Shown here piece by piece: positions 1 through 9,553 of a stretch of 64,000 nucleotides of DNA. This DNA comes from Candidatus Aenigmatarchaeota archaeon (GTDB lineage Archaea; Aenigmatarchaeota; Aenigmatarchaeia; CG10238-14; SCSR01). Numbering within the stretch: position 1 is the stretch's first letter; each line of letters starts with the position of its first letter. The notes beneath the pieces were generated by a model. It did no database searches. It worked only from the letters and a program-made list of their open reading frames with translations, and was not told the DNA's origin. Location: positions 75,737 through 139,736 of the forward strand of contig JAVZGQ010000001.1 in assembly GCA_038998585.1 (NCBI GenBank), written 5' to 3'. The translations under genes and the position numbers were made by a program.

Positions 1-628
1 TCATCTTTTCAAGCCCAGCTTCAGGAGGAGCCTTCCATCCTATGTAACTTATCCTTTTACATTCGGCATATTGTATAGCATGATCTGAAAATTTAGTGTT
101 ACAAACTACTAAAGCCTTAGAAAAATTGAAGCTATGTCTACCAAGTTCAAAGCCTTTTTTCAGATCTTCAAACCTTGCCTGAGTTTCGAGCATTACATCA
201 ACTCCTGTGTAAGTGTGCGGCTGGGAGTGATGCTTAACTTCAACAAAAACTGTTTCTTTGCCTTTGATAGCAATCGCATCTATTTCATGAGACACACAAG
301 CGCCAGCAACAATTTGATTTGTTTGAACAGAGTATCCATATTCTTTTAAAATCAAAGCAACAATGAGCTCAAAATCTGGTTTTGGTCTGAGCTTGCCTAT
401 AGCTTCCCTCAAATCTATCCTATGTCTAATTTCAGGCTTGATTTCTTTCAAATAAAGAAAAATTAGCTTGAGAATTTTACTCGTTGGTATGCCATCATAT
501 GCCTCTTTTTCAATTTTATTAGCTATGGTCTGAGCTTGTCTTGGTGTTGCGTTCAGTCTCAGGCAAGTATTGATTATCTTGTTCTTATCAAAAGGCTGTT
601 TTCTTCCATCAAACTTTGTTACTAACAT
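1..628 (-). CDS. ATP-cone domain protein fused to a PD-(D/E)xK (Mrr/restriction-endonuclease-like) domain; C-terminal end runs off the window
   Basis: Not in the ORF track because it is open at the window edge. My reverse translation from ATG (628-626) stays open to position 1. It reads MLVTKFDGRKQPFDKNKIINTCLRLNATPRQAQTIANKIEKEAYDG (ATP-cone pattern), then ...CVSHEIDAIAIKGKETVFVEVKHH... (D...E-x-K nuclease core). Confidence 0.6.
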   Translation of the reverse strand, partial: MLVTKFDGRKQPFDKNKIINTCLRLNATPRQAQTIANKIEKEAYDGIPTSKILKLIFLYLKEIKPEIRHRIDLREAIGKLRPKPDFELIVALILKEYGYSVQTNQIVAGACVSHEIDAIAIKGKETVFVEVKHHSQPHTYTGVDVMLETQARFEDLKKGFELGRHSFNFSKALVVCNTKFSDHAIQYAECKRISYIGWKAPPEAGLEKM

Positions 629-765
629 TTTCCCTTTAAAAATTTGGTTTTTAAAAAGAAATTTTTACATCATTTGCTTAGTGTTTTTATTTTTGCTCCA
701 AATTTTTCTTTTCTTTAAATCTAAACCTTCCATCTATAAAATTTTGAAATGTTAAATTTATTATT

Positions 766-1260
766 ATGGACACAAAAGCCTTACTAGAAGCTGCCCTTTT
801 TGTTTCTGATAAGCCTTTGAGCATAGAAAGGCTCTCAAAAATTCTTGAAATAAACTCAGAAGAAATAAAGAAGCTTTTGATAAAAATTCAGACTGAATTG
901 CAACAGGAGACACATGGGATAGAATTAGTCGAGACACCAGAGGGGTTTGAGTTTAGAGTAAAGCAGGAGTACAGGGAAAAAATTGCTAAGCTCGCGCCTT
1001 TTGCCGACTTAAGTAATGGAATGATGCGTACGCTGGCCATAGTTGCAGCTAAGCAACCTATAAAACAATCAGTAATAGTAAAAGTTCAGGGAAATAAAGC
1101 CTACGGCTATATTACCGGCTTAGAAGAAAAAGGTTTGATAAGGAGCGAAAAATTTGGAAGGACAAAGCTCCTTTCAACCACTCCAGACTTTGAAAAATAT
1201 TTTGGCAAAAGCAGCGAAGAAATAAAAAGAATTTTGAATGAAGCTGAGAAAAAAAATTAA
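766..1260 (+). CDS. scpB: Segregation and condensation protein B (ScpB)
   Basis: The N-terminus LLEAALFVSDKPLSIERLSKIL and the tandem winged-helix layout are typical of ScpB. SMC and ScpA are encoded nearby. Confidence 0.8.
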   Translation: MDTKALLEAALFVSDKPLSIERLSKILEINSEEIKKLLIKIQTELQQETHGIELVETPEGFEFRVKQEYREKIAKLAPFADLSNGMMRTLAIVAAKQPIKQSVIVKVQGNKAYGYITGLEEKGLIRSEKFGRTKLLSTTPDFEKYFGKSSEEIKRILNEAEKKN

Positions 1261-1261
1261 A

Positions 1262-1268
1262 TTTTTTT
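1262..1268 (+). terminator. Oligo-T tract immediately after the scpB stop (candidate archaeal terminator)
   Basis: A T7 run starts 2 nt after the TAA. Archaeal RNAP terminates at oligo-T. Confidence 0.3.
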
Positions 1269-1545
1269 CTTTAGAAATTAGAAATCATGTTGAAAGAGTT
1301 GACAAATGTCTTTGGGTATTGACTCCATTCTTTTATCAAATTTATTTTTGTTTACATATGCAAGAAAAGAAGCATTGAGTGTTTTGAAAAATCATCTAGG
1401 CATATATTCTCAATTAAACCATATGTAGAAAGATTGATAGCAGGGTACGGTTACTTCAAAGGTTTTAGATCTAATTAAATAGGAGAAATTGGAATTATTC
1501 ATCATCTGGTTTAAAAATTAATTATGTTTAGCCTAACTTATTATC

Positions 1546-2184
1546 ATGGGTAAAAAGTGGTATGAGCGCTATTATTGGTTTTTTTCCAGCAACAATATCT
1601 TAGTTTTAGTTGGGAAAAATCCAAGAAATGATGAAACTATTTTGAAGAGGTTTACTCGAGATCAGGATTTGGTTTTACATTCAGATTTAGTTTCTCGATT
1701 TGCAGTGATAAGAAATGATGCTAATCAAGTTTTACCTGCAGAAACAATTTATGAGGCTGCCGTTTTTCTAGCTTGCTACTCAGAGGCTTGGGAAAAAAAG
1801 CTAGAAAAAGAGAAAATCGATGTATTTTATGTCAGACCAGAACAAGTTAAAAAACGAGATAATTCAGTTAGAGGAGTTTTCGATATTGTGGGAGAGAAGA
1901 AATATTTGAAAAAAATTGAGCCCAGACTTTCTATTGGAATAAAGCAAGAAGAAGTTTTTAATGCCAAGCTTATATATGGCCCACCAACTGCAGTCAAGGC
2001 CCATACTCCCTATATGGTGACTTTGATTCCAGGTGATTTCAATGCCAGAGCTCTAGCTAAAGATATAAAAAGGGAACTGCTTTTGAAGGTTTGTCCCGAG
2101 ATTTCTAAAACCACAGAAGCAATTGACTTGAAAGAAATAGAGAAAATAATTCCATTCAATATGGGAGAGTTGCTCAAGATTTAA
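1546..2184 (+). CDS. Stand-alone NFACT-R (DUF814) / NFACT-C module, corresponding to the C-terminal half of Rqc2/FbpA-type proteins
   Basis: WYERYYWFFSSNNILVLVGKNPRNDETILKRF...DLVLHSDL...EAAVFLACYSEAW...VFYVRPEQVKK matches the NFACT-R_1 pattern. No NFACT-N domain is present. Confidence 0.55.
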   Translation: MGKKWYERYYWFFSSNNILVLVGKNPRNDETILKRFTRDQDLVLHSDLVSRFAVIRNDANQVLPAETIYEAAVFLACYSEAWEKKLEKEKIDVFYVRPEQVKKRDNSVRGVFDIVGEKKYLKKIEPRLSIGIKQEEVFNAKLIYGPPTAVKAHTPYMVTLIPGDFNARALAKDIKRELLLKVCPEISKTTEAIDLKEIEKIIPFNMGELLKI

Positions 2185-2209
2185 GTTTTTTCATGACTAA
2201 AAGAATTTA

Positions 2210-2620
2210 ATGCGGTTTGTCTTCAGTGAGCTCATAGAGAGGTTTCACAAGCTCCTTGGGACACCAAAAGAACTTATCTTAGAGACTTTCAACAAACCAG
2301 ATGCTACTGACTTTGTGTTAAATAGGTGTATCTCGATAAAAAATTTTGGCGAATTCTACATTTTGATAATTTTTGATATGGATGACCAGTCTGTAAGATT
2401 TTCAAATGCTTACAGAATTCACCCACAGTTAATAAACGGTTTTGATATTGCTAGAATGAGGCCTGTTGAAATTCTGGAAGAATTCATGAAAATTTTTGGA
2501 GTTTCAAGGTTTATACCAGCTTATGGTGATTGTAAGTTCTTAATCGATAAGAAGAACAAAATTTTCTTTCCAGGAATTTTGGATATAGAGAAATACTTAC
2601 AGACACTAAAAAACTTGTAA
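2210..2620 (+). CDS. Hypothetical protein (136 aa)
   Basis: Clean ORF co-directional with its neighbours, with 25 nt and 15 nt gaps. I recognise no motif. Confidence 0.4.
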   Translation: MRFVFSELIERFHKLLGTPKELILETFNKPDATDFVLNRCISIKNFGEFYILIIFDMDDQSVRFSNAYRIHPQLINGFDIARMRPVEILEEFMKIFGVSRFIPAYGDCKFLIDKKNKIFFPGILDIEKYLQTLKNL

Positions 2621-2635
2621 ATAAAATAAATAATT

Positions 2636-3388
2636 ATGATGAATTTGTTCGAAGCTTTGATTTTAGCAGTAATCCAAGGCTTGACAGAATGGCTTCCAAT
2701 CTCAAGCTCAGGCCATTTAGTTATCTTACAGCAACTTTTAAATATTAAAGCTTCCGTTTCTTTTGATGTTATGCTTCATTTTGGTACTATGCTTGCTCTG
2801 GTCTACTTCTTAAGAAAGGATATAGTTAGACTTTTAAAATTTGATAAAAAAGATAGGCAATTAATTATTTGTATTGTTATTGGAACCGTACCCATAGCTA
2901 TATTTGGTTTTATTTTTAAAAGCTTCTTTGAATCTTTTTTTTCAAACCTGTTTGTAGTTGGTCTAGCCTTAATTTTAAACGGGATAATTTTATATTTTAC
3001 AAAATTTTTTAAACCTAGTAGAAAGCTCGGGAAATTTGACGCCATTGTAATAGGCCTAGCTCAAGTTTTATCATTGGTTCCAGGGATTTCAAGGAGTGGT
3101 ATAACAATTTCTATTGGGTTGATGAGGAAGCTTGAAAAAAAAGAAGCCTATAAGTTTTCTTTCTTGCTTTCCATTATTGCAGTTATGGGGGCAAACTTGT
3201 TGAAATTTGGTGAAATTAGTTTTTCTCAAGAGCCAATTGGAATTGTTCTAACAGGGGTTTTAATATCAGCTCTTGTTGGTTATCTTGCTCTAAAGCTGAT
3301 AACAAATACTGTTTTAGAGGGAAGCTTCTATAAGTTTTCCTACTATTGTTGGATTGTTGGAGCAATTATTCTTGTTTTGAGTCTATGA
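2636..3388 (+). CDS. uppP: Undecaprenyl-diphosphatase (UppP/BacA)
   Basis: Contains GLTEWLPISSSGHL and the SLVPGISRSGITIS motif, in a polytopic membrane profile. Confidence 0.85.
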   Translation: MMNLFEALILAVIQGLTEWLPISSSGHLVILQQLLNIKASVSFDVMLHFGTMLALVYFLRKDIVRLLKFDKKDRQLIICIVIGTVPIAIFGFIFKSFFESFFSNLFVVGLALILNGIILYFTKFFKPSRKLGKFDAIVIGLAQVLSLVPGISRSGITISIGLMRKLEKKEAYKFSFLLSIIAVMGANLLKFGEISFSQEPIGIVLTGVLISALVGYLALKLITNTVLEGSFYKFSYYCWIVGAIILVLSL

Positions 3389-6300
3389 TTTGAAAAATCT
3401 TTTTATTCTTTTTCCCCGAAGCGAACAATTTCTTCCAAAATATGAAAAAGAAGATGCCTACAATTATGATTATAGACATTGTGGCAGGATTGGATATGGT
3501 TAAAATAAGAACTGTATAACCAGATGGAATGTTTGGAGTCTCTTTTTGTGTGGGTATAGGCATTGTCACATTTTCTTTTGTTATATTTTCTTTAGACTTT
3601 TGAGTTATTTGGGCGGGTTGGATTCCTTTAACTTTCACAGGGATAGAGTAATTATAATCTCTGAATTTGTTATTTTCGTCAACTAGCGAAGCCTTTACAG
3701 TCAACACATAATCTGCCGTCAAAGAATCTGGGGGGACACTTATTGTAATATTTAGGCTAATAACATCTCCAACACCCAATACACTGAAGTTATAAATATT
3801 CAGTTTTATCCAATTTTTTGGCAGACCTTTTGTATCAAAAGAAATGTTGTAGAAATTAATATCTCCATTGCTGAAATTAATATTTAAGATTTGCGAACTA
3901 CCAGCACTAATTTCTAAACCATTTACAGAATTTGATCTAAATCCTGTTTCTACCCTTTTTAGCACACCTCCACCGCCAGCCCCTCCAGATGGTTGAGGAG
4001 ATGGGCATGGTAGACACGGTCCACCACAATCTATTCCACTTTCACCTTGATTTTGTATACCATCATCACAAGTCGGCATTATGTAGAGCCCATAAATGCT
4101 AAAATGAGTGGTATTGGCCCAAACATAATTTGCTGTTGTATTTGACCCACCTCTTAGGGGGCCATCATATACATTCCAGCTTCCATCTGGATTTTGATAG
4201 TAAATTCTTAAATTGCGTTTACTGTAAGCTTGTGGGACATCAGAATCATTATAATAAACTTTGATAATTGCCCAAGATAAAGAAATGTTTAGATTATGAC
4301 TAGTTGTTATTTCAAAATATTTGTTTAAAGCCGGTATACCAATATTAACAGTTCCAGGGTTCTCTGTGTACGCTGCCATTATTATGGTGGCGTTTGATAC
4401 AGATTGATTGGTTTTTATTTCAAGTGTTACATTCGTTGTTTGTATAGCATCAACTATTGCCCGATTGTTTAATGTAAATACAGAAGAATTAACAAATGTA
4501 TTTATTGTTCCAAATGTCTGATTAACCGTGATGTTATTTGCCCAAACAGTTTTGTTGTTGCCAGAATTGTCTACGGCTGTAACATTGAAATAATAAATTC
4601 CATTAGGAATTTCAGTTAAGTTGAAGGTCGATAACCAATAATTTTCTATGTTTGTAAGATTTTGTTGCTGAATTGGGTACCAAGATGAATTGTAGTAAAC
4701 TATATAGGCGTATTTGACTACATCATTATCCAATATAGTGGCTGTGAATGTGATATTAGAATTCGGTTTAACTATACTTGGAGTTATCTCAGAATTAACT
4801 ATTGTTGGTGGGGTTGTGTCACGAACTGTTAAATAACGTGTTTGAGTTGAATAGGTATAATTTTCATCTCCTGGGAAATAGGCTGTAATGTTATAAGCAC
4901 CCAAAATTAAATTGCCAGTATTTGTCATATTTGTTGCAGTAGTAACACCATAAGCTGTTGGTATTTTTGAACCAGTAAAGTTAGTTTCAATAATTATAGG
5001 CTTACCACTTACATTTACAGTTGCGGTTATATTTACTAGTTGACCCTTCTCACAAATTTCGTCATCTTCACTCCCATTTATTAAAATTTTGATTGAGCTA
5101 GCAGATTTTTGAATCGTAAAATTTTGATAAGGCATCGAAACATTCCAATTATTTAAGTTGTCGCTTGCTATAAATCTCCAAAATACAACTTTACCACCAT
5201 TCAAGTAGGAAGAAGATATTACATAAGAATAGCTTGAATTTTGGTTTAGAGCCGTGTAATTTTCATACGTTCCAGTATGATTGGATTCAAGGAAAACTTT
5301 AGAGACACCAGCTATATCTGTCCAGGTAGAGTTAAGTTGGACATTTTGTCCATAGATCGGATTATCAGAAGGATATTGTGTTATTGATAAATAATAAGGA
5401 GGTGTCCTGTGAATGATCGTGTTATAAGGCTGATTTTGAGGATTCATCATATAGCTTGATTTGCCAGTCTTATCAAACACACCAAAATAAAAAACTATTC
5501 TATCATTTTCAGAGTATTTTGATAGATTGAGATTATGGGAACAAGTTTTATAAACGCCTGAGCTACAACCAGTCAAGTTTATCGGCTGATTACTTATATT
5601 ATATGGCCATGTCTCGTTCCAGTATAGTTGTATATAGTCAAGATTACTTTCAGTATAATTCACGACAAATGTCTGACTGTCTGTACCCAAAATATATGAG
5701 TTATCTGATGGTGAATAACTTATTATCAATGGATATATTGTGTCGAATGTTATATTTCTTTGAGAAGAGTTGCCAAAATTGTTTAATGAATCGTTTGCAT
5801 AAACTCTGTAATTATATGTTCCATCTACATCGCTTTTATTAATAAAACAATTGACAGAATTTCCACTCCCTATCTTAGTCATTGAGATATTTATTCCATT
5901 CCATTCCAAAAAGCATGAGTCTATATCACATGCATCAATTACACTGACATTTATTAGTATGTAGCTTCTATTAACAATACTATCGTGTTGGTCCGAAGGT
6001 GGAATGAATGTTATAATTGGTGGTGTTAAGTCTATAGAAAAGTAAACAGTTGATGAGCTCCCTATGTTGTTTGAACCATCAGAACAGTTTACATAGATTT
6101 TATGGGCACCCTCTGCCACGGAAAAATAAGAAATAAATACAGAATCGTTCTCTACTGTCCAGTATGATGTTGAGTTATCATCAATAACCCCACTACAAAC
6201 GACAAATTTGTCAATGTTTTCTATTACATTGAATTTCAAGCTTATGTTTTGTTTGTTATAACTTATATTCAAAGGTTCTAGTAATGTAACTATTGGCGGT

Positions 6301-8690
6301 GTTGTATCCAGTGTTTGTTCTGAAATGGGAAATGAAGAAGTTAAAGTATATTGAACTTGTGAATTACCCCCTAAATTATATGGAACTAATCTCACAAGCC
6401 AAATTCCGATATTCGGATTGTTGATAGAAACTTCTTCATAATTTTTGTCAACAGCATTGGAATAATTAGTTAGATGTCCTGTAGTGTTGTAAAGATAAAT
6501 ATCCAAATTGACTGTAGGTGAGTTCCAATCAAAGTTAACAATCAAAGGTTTAGAAGAAGTAGTAACATTAATTTTATGATACACTATTTGTGAGATGTTA
6601 TTAACTATAATATTTCTTTGGTCTGATATTTTGAAGTTAGAAGCTAGTGCGTAGACTTGGTTTCCAGATACATCATAAGGATCTACCAATAGTTTCCAGT
6701 TGCCTGATGGTGAAGGACTAGTGAGTTTTATCATCTCATCTGTATTTGGGGCTGATGTAGAATACGCTCTAACATTACCTGCAGGATCTAAAAGATACAA
6801 ATCAATATCATTGTGTAAACTGTAATTTTCAGGCCAGTAAAGCGTGGCCCTAATTTCTACACTTCCAGACGGAACAAAAATATTGTGCACCTTGTATGAT
6901 GAACCTATAGTGTCTTTTATAGTATTTGAAATTTCGCCAAAAGCTCTCTCTGCATTTATTCTACCGGCACCATAACTGTTATCCTTGCCAGTAGCACCTA
7001 AATCATTTGCAGAATTCATTAACAATGCTTTTAATTCTTCAGGTGTTATTGAAGGTCTGGCCTGTAAAATTAGCGCAGATAGCCCAGCAACATGTGGTGC
7101 TGAAGCGCTTGTTCCCTGAATATCTGTCCAGTTTAGATCACTTAAATAACCAGCATTTGTAGATGTTATTATTTGACCAGGGGCCATCAAATCTGGCTTG
7201 ATCCTACCATCCCTAGTAGGGCCACGGCTACTAAAACTGCTTAATCCATCATTCGTATGTCCTAACCACCAGTATTTGTTTGTTTGAGTAGACCCGACAG
7301 TTATAACTTTGTGCGCTAGGCCGGGTGAACATATCGAATAAGATGAGCCTGTAGAATCAAGCGAGGTTCGACAATTTGTATTACCATCTGGACCACTATT
7401 ACCAGCCGCTACAATTACTATTTTCCCCATGTCTACAACAGCATCGCTATAGGCAGATAAGGCATCACTTCCGTCATTTGTTTCATAACCTGCACCCAAA
7501 GACATTGAAAAAATATTAGCTCCGTTAGCTATGCACCAATCTATTCCAGAAATTACAGTAGAGGTGGTGCCTGGCAATACCTTTGCATTTAAGATTGATA
7601 CGCCAGGTGCTACACCTCTATATTTTAGGTCCGTGCTAGCTATAATCCCAGCAATATGTGTGCCATGTCCATTATAATCTCTTGGATCATTATCATTTGT
7701 GAAATCTTTCTCTAAAACAACTCTTGATGATAAAGCGGGGTGGGTTTTGTTAATTCCAGTGTCTAAAATACAAACTTTAATACCACTTCCATCATACCCA
7801 TTAGCCCAAAATATATTGGCATTTATCAAAGGGACCGATTTATCTAAAAGTGGTCTATATTCTTTTTCGATCCACACATTTTTAATAGATTTTATTTTTT
7901 CTAGCTTCGGGATTTCTGACTTGGAAATTATTGCAGATCGAAATCGGCTAAATCCAAATTCTTGCACATCACTAACTTGTAGATTTCTTATAGTAGAATA
8001 ATCATCATCTCTATCGATTTCTATTATTACTCTAATTTTTTCATTAGGCTGGGAATATATTTGAGGATCTATTTTTTCAATTTTTTTAGAAAGAGGTGAA
8101 ATTTCTTGGAATTTTTTTTTGATTAAAGATATTTTTTCCGCATCAAAATTCAGATTATTGATGATAAAACTCTGTTGGGCACTAGTCTCTTTATTTTCGG
8201 CTAAGGAGAGTGGTATTGTTAAGAAGAAACTTACAGTTATGAAAAGGCCGAACCACTTGATTTTTTTATTTAGGGCCCAAACCACTAGTATAATTATTGC
8301 TGCCAGTATTAAAACCATATACAAAAAATTTTGTGGCAACACAAATTCTTTGTAATTAGACTCGTTAGTTAGCGGTTCGTATTCTTTAATAGGTTTAATT
8401 TCTTTTATAAAATCTAAGTCTTGAAGTTTGCCCACATTTTGAGCAGAAATTTTTATTTCATACCAAGAAGCAACAGTAAAGTTTTTGACAATCGAAGCAT
8501 TTATTTCAGATAATTTTTGCATATCTGCAGAAGACAATGGTTTGTTTGTTATTATGATTACATCTATAATATCCTCAGACGATTTCGAGCTAAGTATTTT
8601 TATTAGTTCTGGGTCAATTTTTTGGGCAATAGCCGTGCTAGAGATAATTAAAAATACAAATATTATTGCACAAATGATTTTGATACTCAT
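3366..8690 (-). CDS. Giant membrane-anchored subtilisin-like serine protease (peptidase S8) with many Ig-like/beta-sandwich repeats
   Basis: Catalytic triad motifs are VCILDTGI (Asp), HGTHIAGIIAS (His) and GTSASAPHVAGLSALI (Ser). It has an N-terminal signal peptide and a C-terminal TM segment followed by a Lys-rich tail. N-x-S/T sequons are very frequent. A Cys-rich CDDG...DCGGPCLPC motif lies near the C-terminus. Confidence 0.85.
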   Translation of the reverse strand: MSIKIICAIIFVFLIISSTAIAQKIDPELIKILSSKSSEDIIDVIIITNKPLSSADMQKLSEINASIVKNFTVASWYEIKISAQNVGKLQDLDFIKEIKPIKEYEPLTNESNYKEFVLPQNFLYMVLILAAIIILVVWALNKKIKWFGLFITVSFFLTIPLSLAENKETSAQQSFIINNLNFDAEKISLIKKKFQEISPLSKKIEKIDPQIYSQPNEKIRVIIEIDRDDDYSTIRNLQVSDVQEFGFSRFRSAIISKSEIPKLEKIKSIKNVWIEKEYRPLLDKSVPLINANIFWANGYDGSGIKVCILDTGINKTHPALSSRVVLEKDFTNDNDPRDYNGHGTHIAGIIASTDLKYRGVAPGVSILNAKVLPGTTSTVISGIDWCIANGANIFSMSLGAGYETNDGSDALSAYSDAVVDMGKIVIVAAGNSGPDGNTNCRTSLDSTGSSYSICSPGLAHKVITVGSTQTNKYWWLGHTNDGLSSFSSRGPTRDGRIKPDLMAPGQIITSTNAGYLSDLNWTDIQGTSASAPHVAGLSALILQARPSITPEELKALLMNSANDLGATGKDNSYGAGRINAERAFGEISNTIKDTIGSSYKVHNIFVPSGSVEIRATLYWPENYSLHNDIDLYLLDPAGNVRAYSTSAPNTDEMIKLTSPSPSGNWKLLVDPYDVSGNQVYALASNFKISDQRNIIVNNISQIVYHKINVTTSSKPLIVNFDWNSPTVNLDIYLYNTTGHLTNYSNAVDKNYEEVSINNPNIGIWLVRLVPYNLGGNSQVQYTLTSSFPISEQTLDTTPPIVTLLEPLNISYNKQNISLKFNVIENIDKFVVCSGVIDDNSTSYWTVENDSVFISYFSVAEGAHKIYVNCSDGSNNIGSSSTVYFSIDLTPPIITFIPPSDQHDSIVNRSYILINVSVIDACDIDSCFLEWNGINISMTKIGSGNSVNCFINKSDVDGTYNYRVYANDSLNNFGNSSQRNITFDTIYPLIISYSPSDNSYILGTDSQTFVVNYTESNLDYIQLYWNETWPYNISNQPINLTGCSSGVYKTCSHNLNLSKYSENDRIVFYFGVFDKTGKSSYMMNPQNQPYNTIIHRTPPYYLSITQYPSDNPIYGQNVQLNSTWTDIAGVSKVFLESNHTGTYENYTALNQNSSYSYVISSSYLNGGKVVFWRFIASDNLNNWNVSMPYQNFTIQKSASSIKILINGSEDDEICEKGQLVNITATVNVSGKPIIIETNFTGSKIPTAYGVTTATNMTNTGNLILGAYNITAYFPGDENYTYSTQTRYLTVRDTTPPTIVNSEITPSIVKPNSNITFTATILDNDVVKYAYIVYYNSSWYPIQQQNLTNIENYWLSTFNLTEIPNGIYYFNVTAVDNSGNNKTVWANNITVNQTFGTINTFVNSSVFTLNNRAIVDAIQTTNVTLEIKTNQSVSNATIIMAAYTENPGTVNIGIPALNKYFEITTSHNLNISLSWAIIKVYYNDSDVPQAYSKRNLRIYYQNPDGSWNVYDGPLRGGSNTTANYVWANTTHFSIYGLYIMPTCDDGIQNQGESGIDCGGPCLPCPSPQPSGGAGGGGVLKRVETGFRSNSVNGLEISAGSSQILNINFSNGDINFYNISFDTKGLPKNWIKLNIYNFSVLGVGDVISLNITISVPPDSLTADYVLTVKASLVDENNKFRDYNYSIPVKVKGIQPAQITQKSKENITKENVTMPIPTQKETPNIPSGYTVLILTISNPATMSIIIIVGIFFFIFWKKLFASGKKNKKIFQIIDSKQE

Positions 8691-8815
8691 CCCAACACTC
8701 CAGACTAATATTTTTCAATAATCCTAAAAATTTAATTTTAACCTGTAGTTGAAAAAATGGGCAATAAATGTAAAGTTGAAACATTTAATTTTATAAGATA
8801 AAAAGTGATTAAAAA

Positions 8816-9511
8816 TTATTCAGATTTTAGCCCCCTTTTTTTAATCCAAATCTCTTTGAAATAATCTTCTTGCTCAGTTTCAACTTTTCCATCATTCTCC
8901 AAATGCAACAAAGGCACAAATTTATCAACAATTTTCTTTCTTTCCCATCTCTTTACTATCTGACTAAACCCGATTCTATGACTGCTCATCTTTTTCATAA
9001 GCTCGTCTATTTCTTTTTCCATTTCTTCTATTTTTTTTGTTATATCATCTTCTGTTATTTGGAATTCAAGTCTCTCTTTCCATTTTCTCCTCCTTTCAAT
9101 TCTTCTCTCCCTAACAGCGATGGCTTTTCTCAAGGCCGAAATCAGTTCATTCAAGGTTATCTGCCTCTTAGGTATTCTTCTTAAAGGAACGCCGAGCTGA
9201 ATAAGATTAGGATCTATTCCCAAATCGATTGGTTGTTGTTGTGCGATTTGCTCTATTGTTTCTTCTTCCTCAAAAATTGAAAGGTAGTCTGCTTTAAGTC
9301 TAAGCAAAACAGCAGCAACAAAAACAACACGAGCAGGAATCCTAAAGTCGAGTCCTTCAATTTTTTTCAAATAATTCAAGAAACTGTCAGTAAGCTTAAT
9401 TAGATCTATATTCCAAGGGTCTAGCTTTTCTATGCTGACTATATGGTAAATTATCTCTTCCCAATTTTCCTTTTCAAGTACGAGTTGAAGAATGTTTTCC
9501 TCTTCTGTCAT
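8816..9511 (-). CDS. scpA: Segregation and condensation protein A (ScpA kleisin)
   Basis: LDPWNIDLIKLTDSFLNYL...RIPARVVFVAAVLLRLKADYL is typical of ScpA. The gene lies directly downstream of smc. Confidence 0.8.
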   Translation of the reverse strand: MTEEENILQLVLEKENWEEIIYHIVSIEKLDPWNIDLIKLTDSFLNYLKKIEGLDFRIPARVVFVAAVLLRLKADYLSIFEEEETIEQIAQQQPIDLGIDPNLIQLGVPLRRIPKRQITLNELISALRKAIAVRERRIERRRKWKERLEFQITEDDITKKIEEMEKEIDELMKKMSSHRIGFSQIVKRWERKKIVDKFVPLLHLENDGKVETEQEDYFKEIWIKKRGLKSE

Positions 9512-9553
9512 AATTATTATTTGATTTTTTGTTTGAATAAACTATTAGAGGAA

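Noticed and set aside
3366-3388. 23-nt convergent overlap of the uppP and subtilase 3' ends as a regulatory feature
   Set aside because: Short convergent overlaps are common in compact genomes. No structure or motif is evident, so it is noted only as evidence of tight packing.
5603-8721. Several 78-100 aa plus-strand ORFs inside the subtilase gene, with similar antisense ORFs inside smc, valS, glmS, ppsA and the TatD gene (for example 22628..23104)
   Set aside because: They lie entirely within and antisense to long, motif-supported genes. They have biased low-complexity composition and no recognisable domains.
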